Assembly: GCA_013265495.1 (NCBI GenBank)
Contig: MU057547.1
Span: 5,253 to 59,562 of the forward strand
Reading direction: 5' to 3'
DNA length: 54,310 bases
DNA from: Vicugna vicugna
Taxonomy: Eukaryota
This document shows, in pieces, positions 50,504 through 54,310 of this stretch. Each line of letters opens with the position of its first letter. Positions within the stretch are counted from its first letter, which is position 1. Both the position numbers and the translations under genes were made by a program. Below the pieces are notes generated by a model. The model ran no database searches, was not told the DNA's origin, and saw nothing but the letters and a program-made list of their open reading frames with translations.

Positions 50504-50618
50504 CTTTAGATCCAGCTGAAGACCCCTGCTTGAAGGTGAAATGTAGTCACCATGAAGTGTGCACTGTTCGAGGTCCTCACGCCGCTGTCTGCGTGGGCCA
50601 GCGGAGGCTCCCCCACCG
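50504..50618 (+). CDS. SPOCK3: Testican-3 coding exon, 115 nt, follistatin-N-like cysteine-rich module
   Basis: Acceptor tctttttttaag, donor CCG|GTAAGC. Reads (A)LDPAEDPCLKVKCSHHEVCTVRGPHAAVCVGQRRLPH(R) with four cysteines spaced as in testicans. The phase 1 start fits the previous exon. The gene continues beyond the window. Confidence 0.95.
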
Positions 50619-53600
50619 GTAAGCATCCTTAACCCACGCCCGTGGGTTGCGCGGCACTCTTTACCACGAGTTACTGCCGAGAGTTAATATTTGGCAACAT
50701 CTGCTGAGCTTTTGTCCCAGTTTTACTGACACAGTTGCAGACCCTTGGCTGATACGATTATGATTCACTTGGGTCAAACATTGTTACCAGTCAGAATTAC
50801 TGTAGATTACAGAATTTAGGCATATATTGTGAAATAAAGAGGATTTTTGTGAAGATTGGATTAAAGTGCGATGTATCTGCATACTTCTGCTTTCTCAAGT
50901 TTAGGGAAAGAAAGTATGTTTTGCACGCCCTCTAAATATTTCTGCTTATGTCTACTCGAGCCTCTGATCTCCCTCAGGGGAGAATTGGGAACAAAGTTAA
51001 AGGGAAAGAAAGTGAATGATTGACGTCTATAAAAAAAAGATGAAAAGTCACCAGTAGAGCTGTGAGAAGCGGGCTTTCGAGGAGGCGCTTGTCCTGGGGA
51101 GCTCTGCAGTCTGTTCCCTGAAGGCTGACTCAAAATCCCAACAAGAAGAGGATGGCTTTAAATACGTCATTCACGGTCATCGTGGCTTCCATGAGGCCGG
51201 CTGCGTGCTGAGCAGTGTCCGTGGTTTAGAAACAGGGCGTGTGGTTTGGTGCTGAGTCTTAGGGGCTGGAACACGTCACAGCTGGAAGTGGTGTCGCTGG
51301 GGAGCTGCTCAAGGCGCCAGGTGGCCACTCCCTCTGCTACTTGGAAAGGAACCCTGTTAATTAACGAACTCTACCGTGTGATTGGGAACTTAATTCATGT
51401 TTTGCTTTTACATCAAGTGAGCAAGGGTGTCGCTATTTCGGGTGTGTTGAGACGAATTGCTTTTGGCTTTAGTGTTCTTGCATCTGAATTCTGTGATTCA
51501 AACACGTCAGCAGACTGAGAGCAAGAACGGTCGAGACGACACCTCAGGCAGTTCTAGGAAACAGCCGGCACTGACGTTTCTTTGAGGTTCCTTGTTCAAG
51601 GGAAGGCACGCTTGCACGAAGCTGCCCCATACCCCATGCTGGATGGCCTGGAGGAAGTCTTTGTTCCCTTTACCAGACCTGTGGTGTCTGGTTGCAGGTA
51701 CCAAGGCAGCCGGTGCAGCCTGGATGGAGGGTTTGAGAATTTGACACTTGGGCTGGAGAAGCATGTAATGCCAGGGAGGTCCTCGCAGAAGGAAGAGAGT
51801 CGGGGAGAGAGAACATGGTGTGTGGATGCAAGGTGTACGAGACTCCAGGAAATAACATTTTTGTAAAGTCTGTGCCCTTGAAGGAGGGGCTCAGACAGGG
51901 AGGCCCTGTGGTCAGTCACGTCTCCCCAGGCAGTCATGGCCTCTGCCTTAGTTAGTTTTATAAGGGGAAAGCAAAACTTTGGGCCAGAAGGTTATTTTTC
52001 TGTTTCCTTAGGATTCCAGAAAGCTTCTGAATTTCTTGGAATTCCTATTATTTAATCATCATACTGTTAAAATGTTAGTATGTGAACATGTGTCTAGGGG
52101 CGGGGAGGGGGGACTTCTACCTGAGAAATCAGGAGGAGGAGCATGCTGGAATGAATCCCTAAATGGCAGAGAGTTCATTTCACATGAAAGCAGAACTGTT
52201 TTATTTTGAGTTTCTCAGACCCCCGGAAAGGTTTCCGTCTATTTACACTAAACACCTTTGACAAGGTGCTTGGCCCCCGGCTCCCTTGCAGAGAGCAGGA
52301 GGGGCCCTCGCAGTCCACAGTGTGCCCGGGCGGGACGGCCCCCTCCAACCACCAGGACCTGAAGCGGGAGAGGCTGGAGGAGCCGGCACAGCTGGAGAGC
52401 CAGGGCTCCCCGCAGCATCCTTCCTGGGCGTGTTTGCTGAGTCCAGGCTCTTCACAGCTGTCTCACTGCTCCTCTGACTCACTGGGAAACAAAGACTAAC
52501 CGCAGGCAAAAAGGATCTTCCTTAACATGACAAAGACTCTCCAATGGCTACAATACTTTGAGTTTCATTGTGAGTCAGACCACCCAGGTTTGTGGGGTGG
52601 GGGGTGAGCCAGGCGGGGGTAGGCGCTGGGGAGGGGGGCTTCAAAATGTTTGTGTAAATCGTGTCCGGTCCCTTTCCATTCCTGACAGACTGTTTCAAAA
52701 TGGCACTCAGTATACACCGTGTTCAGTAAATAACTAGTTTCCAAAGAAATGAGATCAATACTTGAAGTGATTTGTTTGCTTTGAGGGTGTCGGCAGGGAG
52801 CGAACGTGTACACAGCACTTAGGAGACCTGCCAGGGGGTTTGATCAGTAAGATCAAGAATTGGCTGGTACAGATAACACAGGTCTTAGATTGGGGGTGGT
52901 GTGTGTGTTTGGGGGTGAGGCACAGCAAACAGAGAGAAAAGGCTTAATCAATTTTGGCCATTTTCGTCATTTAGATTTGAAATTCCTACTTTTTTCATTT
53001 AAAGGAACAACTTTTCTCTTTCCTTGAACTCATGTGAGAGAATGATGACTCCTTGCGTTATTTCAAAGAGTGTTTCCTAAGCTCCCCCAGCTAGACTGCA
53101 CATGCATGTCCCGTGACCTTAGAGCCGTGACCCTCCCATCCTGTGACGCCTGCCACATCTGTGGGCAGTTGTGACGTCGTCTCCCTCAGGTGACTGCACG
53201 TCCATGAAGCTGGCCTGGGTCTCACCCCTGACTTCATGCTCAGAACCTGGCAGACCTGCTGCCTGGTCCCTGTTTCCACTGAAGGGTGTGCTGAAATAGC
53301 TGTTATTTGTAGAACATTTAGAGGGGAAAAAAAGAGTATTTTGATCAATTGAATTGGGTTAATCTAGATAATCTAAGTCTCAAAGTTGCTTTCTGTTTTT
53401 TTGTGATTATTTGTTGAAGATGATCTGGGAGGAGTGTCAGAGTCGATCAACAAACGTTTTAAAGTAAATGTATTGAATTATTGAACAAACAAATTATTTC
53501 CAGGAAAAAGGGGAGGGGAGGACATGAAGGTGTGAGGGAGAGATTAGTCTGTAACAACTGGTAGGCAATGACTTAGGTTTGTAGAACCTCAAATAATCGG

Positions 53601-54310
53601 TAGATTTCTCCTCCCTCAGTGCTTTAAATACAGTAACTGCCTTCTGAGGAGGGGAACGGCCCGGTACAGAGGCTCCCTCCACGCGGCGCCCGGCCTGGCT
53701 GATGGGGAGGACATGCACACTCTCCAGGTTTGTCTCGTCCACTCAGGAGTTTGGCTGCTTGTCTCCTGTTGGCTCTTCTATGAAGACCTGACCTCAGGCA
53801 AGCGTGGTACCGTTGCTTTTTGCTGACTTTCTGTTACTTTTCTCATCACTGTACAACCAAGTAGTTTTATCAACAGTGAGATGGGACGTGGACGCTTTCC
53901 ATCGGGGAGCACACCCAGTTGCCAGGTGGCTGGCGCGAAGTCTGCGGTGGCCCCCAGGCCGGGGCAGGGACGCCTCTGCACCCATGCTCTGGGGAAGGGC
54001 CCCCCAGCTGCTCAGGCTGAGGCTCTGTGCGCGGTGCCGCCGGCTGTGAGCAGAGCCCGGGGTCTCGCTCCTTTGCTGCCTGTGCAGCGGCCGGGGATGC
54101 GCACCGTCTCTGGATCTGGGCGAAACTGAGCGTGTGTAAACAGGGTAGCATACATCTTCTGACAGGCTGCGGAGCTTTCTATTTAATATTGCTTGACAGT
54201 TAAGAGCCGTGAGTGTGGAAAATCATCACATACGCTTTTGCTTTCCCCTCGGGAAGTGTTACAAGCCGTTGAGGTTTTCTCGATTTGTCAGTTTTTCTTT
54301 GTGACGTGCT

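Overview
Mammalian genomic DNA, probably camelid (inferred from a tRNA-derived SINE and young L1 3' ends that resemble camel/alpaca elements as I recall them). It holds the 5' part of SPOCK3 (testican-3) on the + strand: a CpG-island promoter, a probable non-coding exon 1, and coding exons at 385-555, 29842-29850 (9-nt EVE microexon), 29956-30001 and 50504-50618. These splice in frame with GT-AG boundaries, and the gene continues past the window. The rest is intron containing L1 fragments, two solo ERV LTRs with 4-bp TSDs, a near full-length Tigger1, MER5A, MER20, MIR, MLT1, a SINE and mini/microsatellites. Almost all ORF-track ORFs are spurious. I found no new multi-gene system. The most notable signals are an unusually diverged, GC-shifted SPOCK3 N-terminus, a matching AT-to-GC shift in neutral transposon fossils, apparently shortened introns, a neural-type microexon architecture, and telomeric repeats inside an L1 3' end. 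Comparisons with human SPOCK3 and repeat consensus sequences are from memory and need alignment to confirm.
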